From a virus (taxonomy: Duplodnaviria; Caudoviricetes), in the IMG/VR virus record IMGVR_UViG_3300044949_001706, positions 1-24,813 of that record: a DNA stretch of 24,813 nt. One strand, 5' to 3'. A program made the translations under genes and the position numbers. This document shows, one piece after another, positions 16,945-24,767 of this stretch; positions within the stretch are counted from its first letter, which is position 1; every line of letters begins with the position of its first letter. The notes under the pieces were generated by a model that was not told where the DNA came from, did no database searches, and saw only the letters and a program-made list of their open reading frames with translations.

Positions 16945-17764
16945 TAAGGTCATCGCTTAAAGGACTAGCAGCGTGCTTCATTACCTCCTCTCTATGTCTA
17001 CGCGGTAATGAAGCATAGTCTGGATCCATTGCTGCTATTTCTGCATCCCAAGGACTGAGAGTACACCTACACCTTGGATGTAGGGGTACTTTAATCTCAG
17101 ATCTTTTATAAATTCTGCCTGCTCTGGCTGCGCAAACTGCACACGATCTGTCATCACTTGTAGTGTAAAAAAGAACGAGATCAATACCATTGGCCGCGTA
17201 GTACTGATTACTAGCGGCCGCATAAGCTCTTAGTGATTCCGTTCTAGCGATCACATCTGCTCTAGACTTTACTATGCTTAAACGTAGACGTAAGTCTTTT
17301 ACTATATCATTAGTTGGTCGACCTTCTGCTATACCTTGTGCAACTAAATTTGAACTTTCATATGCAAATTTAGTTCCGTGCTTCACAAGGTAGCCGCGGG
17401 CTTGGGCTGCGGCAGCCACGGTGGCCTCGATCGGAATGGAGACGTTGATCAGGCGGCGCTGGGAGCCGGAGTTGCGGAGAAGCTCTCGGGCGACGGTGAC
17501 GCCCCGGCCTTCGGAGCTGCGGAGTAGGGAGCGCAGCACGCGGTCATAGGCGTCAGTGCGGTCGGGGCGGAAAGCGGGGATGAGCTGGCGGAATTCCTGC
17601 AGTAGGGCGACGTTGCGGTCAGCTGCGGGGGCTCCGCTGCGGAGCTGGATGCGGGTGCGCCGCAGTAGGCGGTTGAAGCTGCTGTCGAGGATGCGGTTGA
17701 GCTGGGCGATGGTGACGTCCTCGGAGCGGCGCAGGGCGGCGTTGTAGCGCTCAAGGAGTTGCAT
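16892..17764 (-). CDS. Minor head morphogenesis protein (Mu gpF / SPP1 gp7 family)
   Basis: RADVIARTES, DDRSCAVC and PLHPRCRC motifs; TGATG coupling with the upstream gene. Confidence 0.9.
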   Translation of the reverse strand: MQLLERYNAALRRSEDVTIAQLNRILDSSFNRLLRRTRIQLRSGAPAADRNVALLQEFRQLIPAFRPDRTDAYDRVLRSLLRSSEGRGVTVARELLRNSGSQRRLINVSIPIEATVAAAAQARGYLVKHGTKFAYESSNLVAQGIAEGRPTNDIVKDLRLRLSIVKSRADVIARTESLRAYAAASNQYYAANGIDLVLFYTTSDDRSCAVCAARAGRIYKRSEIKVPLHPRCRCTLSPWDAEIAAMDPDYASLPRRHREEVMKHAASPLSDDLTKSVFEAQAPRPAEEAT

Positions 17765-20400
17765 CAGCTAAATGCAGCAGGCTTGGTTGCGCTGTCCGCC
17801 GCGTCGCCACGGATCAGGCCGGCCATGTAGCCCATCTGAGCATCAGGGATCTCAGTGAACTTGCCCTGGTTCTTTAGCGCCCAAAGGCGGTCGGTCTTGA
17901 GGCCCGTGATGGACTTGAAGCCCATGCCCTCGTAAATGGACTTGCGCTTGCCGCCTTTGCCGTCCTCCTTGTGGGGGACGGCGAACATGACAGCGTTCTC
18001 GGGGAGCATCTCGAGCTGTGCCTGGTACATCGCCTTGGTGGTGCGGATCAACTGCTTTGCCTGGGAGCTGGGCATGCCGCCTTTGGCGTCGTAGCTGCTG
18101 TCGATGGTGAAGCCGAGGCCGTACTGAGGGAACTTACCCACGTTGCCTTTGCGCTCAGAGCCAAAGGTCAGCAGGCTGTCGCCGATAGATCCGACCGATA
18201 GCTGGGTGCCGTTGGGCATCTGCCAGGTGGAGAAGTTGTTCTTGACGTCGATGGCACGGATCTGTCCGCCTTGGGCTTTGAGGGCCATGTGGGCGGCGGC
18301 GTTTTTTGCGCCTCCGACGAGCTCGCGGGCGGGGCCCTGGAAGCGCTCGGGGAGTTTGTCCAACCCGGCCTTCACCTGGGAGGCGGACATGGCATCGATG
18401 GCGCTTTTGCTGAGGGAAGGCACCAGCGTCTGGCGTTGCTTGTAGGCGAGGAGGCCGCCCACGGCAAGGGCAGCGCCGGCAGCTACGGCAGCAGCAGTGG
18501 CGGCCTTACGGCCAGAAGCTGAACCGCTCTCGGGGGCAGCACCGGCGCCCTTGCGGCACTCATGCGTTTTTGGAATGTGCGAAGCACCGCAGGGTTTGCC
18601 GGCATCGTCGTCGCGGAGGGCGTCACCCCGCTGGCGGCGGGCTATTTCAGCGCGGGCGGCGCGGTAGGAGGCCTCGAGGCTCATATCTTCGCCGCGGCCT
18701 TTAGCAGCCTCGCGCAGGGAGCGGGCAAGGTCGGTGATCTGCGCTTGGGCGCTGCGGCGGCCGCGGGGTGGGGTGGTAGCTGCAGGAGCTGCGCCTGCCG
18801 CAGCGCGACCCGCTGTCTGTACCGGAACCAGGCGCTCAAAGCCGTTCTGCTGCAAGTAGCGGGTGGCGTCGCTCAGGCTGGTGATGTCGCGACCAGCGAG
18901 CTCGGAGGCGGCAACCCGGGTTTCGCGATCCGAGAGTGTGAACGTGCTGCTCTTGCTGACCTGGCGGGCGAAGTACTCCTTGGAGATGGCGTCGCTGAGG
19001 CCCTGGCCGATGCGTCCGGTGACGTTCGCGGGCTTTGCCAGGCGCTGTGCTAGGTAGCGGGAGTGGCCGATGCGGGCGCTGTTCATCAGGTCGCCGTAGC
19101 CAGCGCGGCGCTGCTCCGTGGGCATAGCGGCGCCCGGGGTTTGGCGCACTTCGTCGGCGATGCGGCCGAAGTACTGGTCGAACCCGTCACGGGTCTCTCG
19201 GTACAGGCGATTGGCGAGCTCGGTGCGGCTGACAGCGGCTTCGCGGCTACGAGGGGCGGCGCCAAGGATCTGGTTGAGGTTGCCGACGGCGCGCTCGCGG
19301 ACGTTCTCGGGGAAGTTGTCCGTACTGGGTCCGACCAGGCGATTCAAGAAAGTGCTGCGCTGCGTGGCGTCGTTGAGGTTGACGCCTTGTTGACGGGCCA
19401 GGGCTTGCAGGCTGGCCGCTTCGCGGTTCAGTGCGCTAGTGAGTTGCCGACGTACGTCAGTGTCGGAAGCGCCGGAGCCCAGGCGGAAGCCGAACTGCCG
19501 CGAGAGGAACTCATGGGTAGCGGGCTCGGAGAAGGTGCTGCCATCTCCGGCGCCTGCGGCGTTGGTGCGCTTGGTGCCCCAGAAGGCCTCGAGGCTCTGT
19601 TGGCGCCAGGTTTCGGCGTTGGTGCCACGGCCAGCGGCATCGACGTCGACAGAGCTGATGCGATTCAGCAGGATGCGGCTGTTGGCGTAGTCAGTGGCGC
19701 GGCGCTCGAGCTCGGTGGGTGTGCGGAGGAGTGATTCGCGAAGGGCGGCCGGGCCCGTGGCGGCTTCGCCGGCGGCGCGGGCGACGGCAGCGCTGGCAGC
19801 GGCGGCACCAGCAGCGCGGCGTTCGCGGCGAGCTCCAGCGATACCTGGGGTGGCGTCAAGGATGCGGCCAATGCCGGCGGCTACGGCGTCATCGATCTGG
19901 CGGCCAACGCCGTCCCGGTAGAAGGGTGCCCGCTTGAGCTGACTGTGGCTGAAGAGGCCGAAGCCGACGATGCTTAGGCCGAGGGCAATGCCGCCGGCCC
20001 GGCGCTCGAGTTGGGCCTGGAGCGCCTGCTTGCGCTGGAGGTCGCCCGGGATGGCCTTAACGATGCCCCGGACGATGGAGCGTTTACCACCCTCGATCTC
20101 GGAGAAGCTGCCCTTGCGCACGCCTTTACCGAGGCGTTTGACGCCACGCTCGATGTTGGCCAGGCCACTGACGGGGTCGGTGCGTACGGCGCGGAGGTGA
20201 GGGTCAACACCTTCACCTTTGAGCCGGCAGTCCCAGCTAGGCGGGATGCAGCGGCCACCGCACTTGACGTTGGGTGGGTTGCAGTCGACGGCGCGGGCAG
20301 TTTTACCGGTGCGGCTGCGGGCGGGGGCGTCGAGGCGTGCCTTGGTGGCTAGGTAAGCCGCGGTGCGGAAGCCTTCGGGAGTGGTGTTGCGCGGCGTCAT
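17764..20400 (-). CDS. Large modular hypothetical protein (878 aa) between portal and MuF
   Basis: Long ORF with GC3 bias tightly packed in the operon; two C-G-x3-I-x5-C motifs, each followed by a hydrophobic helix; R-x-D motifs at the module boundaries. Confidence 0.85.
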   Translation of the reverse strand: MTPRNTTPEGFRTAAYLATKARLDAPARSRTGKTARAVDCNPPNVKCGGRCIPPSWDCRLKGEGVDPHLRAVRTDPVSGLANIERGVKRLGKGVRKGSFSEIEGGKRSIVRGIVKAIPGDLQRKQALQAQLERRAGGIALGLSIVGFGLFSHSQLKRAPFYRDGVGRQIDDAVAAGIGRILDATPGIAGARRERRAAGAAAASAAVARAAGEAATGPAALRESLLRTPTELERRATDYANSRILLNRISSVDVDAAGRGTNAETWRQQSLEAFWGTKRTNAAGAGDGSTFSEPATHEFLSRQFGFRLGSGASDTDVRRQLTSALNREAASLQALARQQGVNLNDATQRSTFLNRLVGPSTDNFPENVRERAVGNLNQILGAAPRSREAAVSRTELANRLYRETRDGFDQYFGRIADEVRQTPGAAMPTEQRRAGYGDLMNSARIGHSRYLAQRLAKPANVTGRIGQGLSDAISKEYFARQVSKSSTFTLSDRETRVAASELAGRDITSLSDATRYLQQNGFERLVPVQTAGRAAAGAAPAATTPPRGRRSAQAQITDLARSLREAAKGRGEDMSLEASYRAARAEIARRQRGDALRDDDAGKPCGASHIPKTHECRKGAGAAPESGSASGRKAATAAAVAAGAALAVGGLLAYKQRQTLVPSLSKSAIDAMSASQVKAGLDKLPERFQGPARELVGGAKNAAAHMALKAQGGQIRAIDVKNNFSTWQMPNGTQLSVGSIGDSLLTFGSERKGNVGKFPQYGLGFTIDSSYDAKGGMPSSQAKQLIRTTKAMYQAQLEMLPENAVMFAVPHKEDGKGGKRKSIYEGMGFKSITGLKTDRLWALKNQGKFTEIPDAQMGYMAGLIRGDAADSATKPAAFS

Positions 20401-20402
20401 CG

Positions 20403-22229
20403 TCAGTAGCCCTCGTTGTAGGCGCGGAAGGCGTCAGCCTCGGCGTCGGGCACTGGAGATAGCCCTGCCACATTCTGACCGGGGAAGAAGTGCTGAACGG
20501 CGACTTTGGCGGCGCGGAGTGAGTTGAAGCCTGTGGTGTAGGGGCCGTCGGTGATAGCGCTGTCGAGGGCAAAGCGGGCTCGGTAGAGCTTGCGCACTCG
20601 GGTGCGGTGTGGGCCGAGGATCAGCACAGGGGCAGCCGCGCTGCTGTCGATCCGTTGCCCGTCGGGGCCGACGAGTGGGCCGGCGACGATATCGCCATGG
20701 CGATGGGTGATAGTGATGCGAAGGCCGTCGGCGTCGGCGAACAGGGAGTCGCCGCGGCCACCTTCAGCGGGGGGTAGGACAGCGCCGCCTTCAGCGGGGG
20801 CTTCTTCCTCGCCCTCGGGGAGGGCCGGAGGCTGCGTGGCGGCCTGCAGTTGGGCGTCGTAGCCCGCCATCTGCGACTGGAATTGAGCGTCGGTGGTGGC
20901 GATGAGCTGCTCGGTGACAGCTTCATTGAGTTTTGTATCAATCGAGTAATCGGTGCCGCCAAAGCGGGACTCGCGCACTTCCAGCGGGTTCAGGACGCCG
21001 AGCTGGATGTACTGAACGTCGGAAGCAGCTTTGAGCTGGTGCAGCTCGGCCTTTTCCTTTTCGGTCTGGGTGAAGACAGAGGGGAAAAGGACGGACCAGG
21101 ATTCGGGAATGCGGCCGCGGGTTGGACCTTCGCGCGAGGCGAGGATGTAGGTGAAGACCTCGGTGATTGGGGTGCGGCAGTAGACCTCCTGCCACTGCTC
21201 AACGAGAGAGGCCCAGACACGCTCTTCGTATCGGCCTTCTTTACCGAGGCCTCCGGGGCTATCACCCATGAGGATGGAGGCGGGCCATCCGGTAGCTGCC
21301 TGCAGATCCTTGATGAAGGGGTCAGTGGCTGTGGCGATGTTGCTCAGTGCTCGGTTGATGAAGCTGATTTCTTCTTCGACGTCAACGACCATGCCGCCGT
21401 AGACACTGCGGCTGAGGTTGTTGGCTTCGAGGCGCTTGCGGAGGTCGGACTCATTGCCGGCGGCGATGCGGTTGAACAGGCCTGGGATCTTGTGAACGAA
21501 GACGTCTGAATCGGAGGTCATCGACTCGAGACCGGACATCGCGGTCTCGTAGCGCTTGAAGGCGTTCCAGACGAGCTGGAGGACGGACTGGCCCCAGCCG
21601 GTGTTGCGAGAGCGGAGATTCCAGGGCAGGTAGAGGCCGTCGAAGCGCGCTACGCGGGTGTGGTGGACGCGGATGTTGACGTAGCCGCTGGTCTGATCCG
21701 GGGTGATGCGCTGCGACGTGGTGATCCGGTAGTGCGAAGGACGGGAGTAGTCCGTGATGGAGAAGTCCTCGGGGATCAGTTCGTGTCGCGAGAGTGGGAT
21801 GTATCCGCGGACAGCGCGGATGCGGCCCAGCTCGACAGGTTCATCAGGCTGGCCGCCGTCGTCGATGAGCAGCACGAGGCCGGCGCCGCCGTAGAGGCGC
21901 TGAAGCTTGATGACTTCGGCGAGAGCGAAGTGGAACTGTGTGGCCTGAAGGAACTGGTTGAACCGAGTGAGAAGGTCGGCGTTGTCTGCGGCGGCGTCAC
22001 CGCCTAGGGCGATGCTCGGTTGGTGGCGCAGGATCTCGTCAGCAATGCAGTCGACGTAACGACGAGGGATGCCGTTGGTATATAGGGATTCGAGTTCGGC
22101 TTCAGTCAGCAGAGTTTGAAAGCTGACACTTGTAGCAGTTGTTTTATCTTTTGCGGGTACACCTAGGCCTGTTAGCGCATTAACTAATGCACCATCATTC
22201 CGGTATTTGTCTGAGGATGCAGTGGTCAT
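20403..22229 (-). CDS. Portal protein (DUF1073 type) with C-terminal extension
   Basis: DGALVNALTGLG, RLYGGAGL, VHHTRVARFDG, GWGQSVL, ILMGDSPGGL and LNPLEVRE motifs. ATG 22229 (608 aa) is preferred to the track start, which crosses the repeat array. Confidence 0.9.
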   Translation of the reverse strand: MTTASSDKYRNDGALVNALTGLGVPAKDKTTATSVSFQTLLTEAELESLYTNGIPRRYVDCIADEILRHQPSIALGGDAAADNADLLTRFNQFLQATQFHFALAEVIKLQRLYGGAGLVLLIDDGGQPDEPVELGRIRAVRGYIPLSRHELIPEDFSITDYSRPSHYRITTSQRITPDQTSGYVNIRVHHTRVARFDGLYLPWNLRSRNTGWGQSVLQLVWNAFKRYETAMSGLESMTSDSDVFVHKIPGLFNRIAAGNESDLRKRLEANNLSRSVYGGMVVDVEEEISFINRALSNIATATDPFIKDLQAATGWPASILMGDSPGGLGKEGRYEERVWASLVEQWQEVYCRTPITEVFTYILASREGPTRGRIPESWSVLFPSVFTQTEKEKAELHQLKAASDVQYIQLGVLNPLEVRESRFGGTDYSIDTKLNEAVTEQLIATTDAQFQSQMAGYDAQLQAATQPPALPEGEEEAPAEGGAVLPPAEGGRGDSLFADADGLRITITHRHGDIVAGPLVGPDGQRIDSSAAAPVLILGPHRTRVRKLYRARFALDSAITDGPYTTGFNSLRAAKVAVQHFFPGQNVAGLSPVPDAEADAFRAYNEGY

Positions 22230-22291
22230 AGCACAAACAGGCTCGGGGAGAGCTGTGCTCAGAGTAGCGGTATGCAGCAAAAGATCATAGA

Positions 22292-22384
22292 TATCGGTTA
22301 CCAGATGCAAGTGAATATGGTAACTGATATCTGTATCTGGTAACGTGATTCTGCATCTGGTAACCGATAGTGGTATCTGGTAAC
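22292..22384. repeat. Phased array of ATCTGGTAAC repeats plus an 18-bp inverted repeat
   Basis: ATATGGTAAC at 22315 and ATCTGGTAAC at 22335, 22355 and 22375 (exact 20-bp period); TATCGGTTACCAGATGCA 22292-22309 is the perfect reverse complement of 22352-22369. Confidence 0.92.
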
Positions 22385-22446
22385 GTACCTGTGCGGGAGT
22401 TGACAGCCGGATGCTTGGGTAGGCTGGTGCAGCCACCTCCCAGGGC

Positions 22447-22776
22447 ATGGTTGACCATCGGATCGATGGATCAAGTCTCCTGACCAAACGGCAAGCCAAA
22501 CAGCAATTCCGCGAAGGGATCCTCAGTAGTTGGGGATCCCTTTGTGCTTATTGCGGGCAGCCAGGGGACACGTTGGATCACGTTCGGCCTCGGTGCCGGG
22601 GAGGGCGGACAGACCGGGCGAACTTGGTCTGCTGTTGTGCTCCGTGCAATCGAGCCAAAGGCAGTGAGCTCGACTGGCAGCATTGGTTTAGACAGCAGAG
22701 CTGGTGGTCGCCACACCGGGAACACGCCATCCGCCTGTGGATAGGCGAAGCAACTCAGGGATGGATAGCCGCCTGA
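22447..22776 (+). CDS. HNH endonuclease
   Basis: CAYCG...TLDHVRPRCRGG...NLVCCCAPCNRAKG is a canonical Zn-binding HNH; antisense orientation between terminase and portal. Confidence 0.9.
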   Translation: MVDHRIDGSSLLTKRQAKQQFREGILSSWGSLCAYCGQPGDTLDHVRPRCRGGRTDRANLVCCCAPCNRAKGSELDWQHWFRQQSWWSPHREHAIRLWIGEATQGWIAA

Positions 22777-22834
22777 GTTACCTGCGAGGCGTTCCTCTGC
22801 CGACGCTCTCGGTGATTAGAGCGTAGCGGTGGTG

Positions 22835-24238
22835 CTAGATGTTGTCGAAGAAGCTAGCAGTAGCAGGTGTTTCGGGGATTAGCGAACACGCAAAGGCGAG
22901 CGCCATGACAGTGTCGTCGTGGGCGCCACTTACAGCTTGACGGGCACCGCTTTCCTGCTGCTGAAACGCGCGGAGTTCGTCCGCGATGATGCCGGGAGGG
23001 AATACCAGCTCGTCGCGCTCGAGCAGATACAGAAGCCTGTCGGTGGCTACGGTCTTGGACGCGCGGCTGGTGTTGAACGTCTCAATGGCGTAGTTTGGTA
23101 ACACATGTTGTAGCGCTTCGGCGATTACGGAACCCATCGCTTGCTTCTCTACTATTACGCGCTGCGGCATGTAGTCCTCAATCAAGGTTTTTACATGTTT
23201 CAAGCTATAGTCTGTGCTTTTTCCGTTTTCGCGGTACATACCAACGATCTCGTAAGGCGTAGTGGTGATGTCCAGCACCATTGCTACGAAGTAATCGTTG
23301 CCCCCGGCGTTGGGGTCAATGCCGATGACGTAGCTGCGATTGATCGAACCACACTCGCGCCAATGTCCGCGAGAAGCTCGGGTGATCAGCTCGTTTGGGT
23401 AGATCTGGGTGTCGGTGGCACCGAACTGCAGCTCGTACTCGGAGTTCCATGCCGCGAGCGTCATGCGGCGCGACTCGCGAGTGCGGCGGGCCCAATCAGG
23501 GTCAGCGCCGTAGATCGGGTGCTGCGAGTAGTGGATGGCGACCTTGTTCCAGTCACCCTCGTCGGAATGCCAGAGCTGGCCGAACCAGTCGAGCTCGGTG
23601 TCGGGGGTGGAGACCACGATGACCTTGGCCGCGTCGCCCACCATGGAGAGCGTGGGCATGGCACCGCGGTAGATCTCGGCGGCACCCTCGAGGAAGGCGG
23701 CTTCGTCCATGAAGAGGACGGAGCAGCTCGGGATGCCGCGGGCGGCGCGGGGTGAGGCGGGGAGGAAGTACAGCGTGCCGCGGCCCTCAAAGGCGAGCTG
23801 CGTGTTGCTGTCGGTGAGGTAGCGGACGGTTTCGCCACGGAGGCTGTTAGCCATGGCGCGCACGCGGCGGCCAAGCTCGGAAGCGTCCTGCTGTGTTTTC
23901 GAGAAGATCACTGCAGCGAAGCCGCGCTCGGTGAGGGCGCGGCACAGCAGGTAGTTGCAGACGGTCTCGGATACGCCGGTCTGGCGGGACTTGTTGACGA
24001 GGGTGTTGGGGCTGGCGTTGATAGAGCGGATGAGCTCTATCTGGTACTCGTAGGGATCAAAGGGGGCGACGGTGCCGCTGGTGCGGATCCAGGTGCCTCG
24101 TGCGAACGACGGCCATCGGTCGACGGTGGGCAGCGAGGTAGCGGTGGAGGTCTCGTAAAGGGCAGCCCGCGCCTGACGGCGAGCTAGCTCGGTTTGGAGG
24201 CGTTCGACGCGCTTGCGCAGGGTGGAAACGGACGGCAT
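22835..24238 (-). CDS. terL: Terminase large subunit
   Basis: Walker A KSRQTGVS, Walker B LFMDEAAF, coupling motif VSTP, nuclease motifs IGIDP and HDDTVMALA. Confidence 0.95.
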   Translation of the reverse strand: MPSVSTLRKRVERLQTELARRQARAALYETSTATSLPTVDRWPSFARGTWIRTSGTVAPFDPYEYQIELIRSINASPNTLVNKSRQTGVSETVCNYLLCRALTERGFAAVIFSKTQQDASELGRRVRAMANSLRGETVRYLTDSNTQLAFEGRGTLYFLPASPRAARGIPSCSVLFMDEAAFLEGAAEIYRGAMPTLSMVGDAAKVIVVSTPDTELDWFGQLWHSDEGDWNKVAIHYSQHPIYGADPDWARRTRESRRMTLAAWNSEYELQFGATDTQIYPNELITRASRGHWRECGSINRSYVIGIDPNAGGNDYFVAMVLDITTTPYEIVGMYRENGKSTDYSLKHVKTLIEDYMPQRVIVEKQAMGSVIAEALQHVLPNYAIETFNTSRASKTVATDRLLYLLERDELVFPPGIIADELRAFQQQESGARQAVSGAHDDTVMALAFACSLIPETPATASFFDNI

Positions 24239-24732
24239 CAGCTGTCGAAGTCCTCGGGGTCGGCAGAGGGGAGCAGCAGGTCGTCGGGGTCGAGGTCTTC
24301 AGCCGGCGGAGGTACAGCGGTGGTGTCGACGTCGGCGGGCGCCGTGAGGCGGAGGAGCTGTCGCTCGAGGTCGGCGATTTGGCGCTCCAGGATGCGGCGC
24401 TCTTGGTAGGCCTGGGCTCCGCTCATCAGCGTGCGGGCGGCGGAGATGCGGTCGGCAGCCCGGGCGCCGTCGTCGTTGATGATGCTGTCGAGGACCTGGA
24501 TGGCAGCGGGGATTGTGCTGATGTTCATCCCGCCGGTCTCGGAGAGGAGTTCCTGCTGAATGCGGGAGATGGCTTGCTGGACGGCGGGGCGCTGACGCCA
24601 GGTGTAGACGGATTTTTCGCTGACGCCAATCTTGCGCGCGGTTTCACGGATGGTGGTGCCGCGCGCGAGAAAGTTGGCAGCGATGCGTTGGCGCTCGTTA
24701 AGGCCGTCGGGGCCGTAGACGCGATCAACCAC
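24238..24732 (-). CDS. terS: Putative terminase small subunit (N-terminal HTH)
   Basis: LNERQRIAANFLARGTTIRETARKIGVSEKSVYTWR HTH, helical middle, acidic tail; TGATG coupling to terL. Confidence 0.75.
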   Translation of the reverse strand: MVDRVYGPDGLNERQRIAANFLARGTTIRETARKIGVSEKSVYTWRQRPAVQQAISRIQQELLSETGGMNISTIPAAIQVLDSIINDDGARAADRISAARTLMSGAQAYQERRILERQIADLERQLLRLTAPADVDTTAVPPPAEDLDPDDLLLPSADPEDFDS

Positions 24733-24757
24733 TGGGCGTAAGTGTTCCGATAGGTTC

Positions 24758-24767
24758 AGACTAGCGG
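24758..24767 (-). promoter_or_regulatory. Putative -10 box upstream of terS
   Basis: CCGC-TAGTCT about 25 nt upstream of GTG 24732; the same CCGC-TAnnnT pattern occurs at 22261-22270 and 22820-22829. Confidence 0.45.

Noticed and set aside
16284-17020. Group I intron or intein interrupting the MuF gene
   Set aside because: The MuF ORF is complete with its own C-terminus, the endonuclease is antisense, there is no room for a ribozyme core, and no intein terminal motifs are seen.
22292-22384. Possible CRISPR mini-array
   Set aside because: Repeats and spacers are only 10 bp each, far below CRISPR dimensions, and no cas genes are present.
22400-22425. TTGACA...TAGGCT as a canonical sigma70 promoter for the HNH gene
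   Set aside because: The spacer is only 14 bp; the -10 may be real but the pair is not canonical.
22230-22499. 90-aa N-terminal extension of the portal in the ORF track
   Set aside because: It crosses the repeat array and the HNH start; portal-like sequence begins at ATG 22229, which has its own -10-like box.
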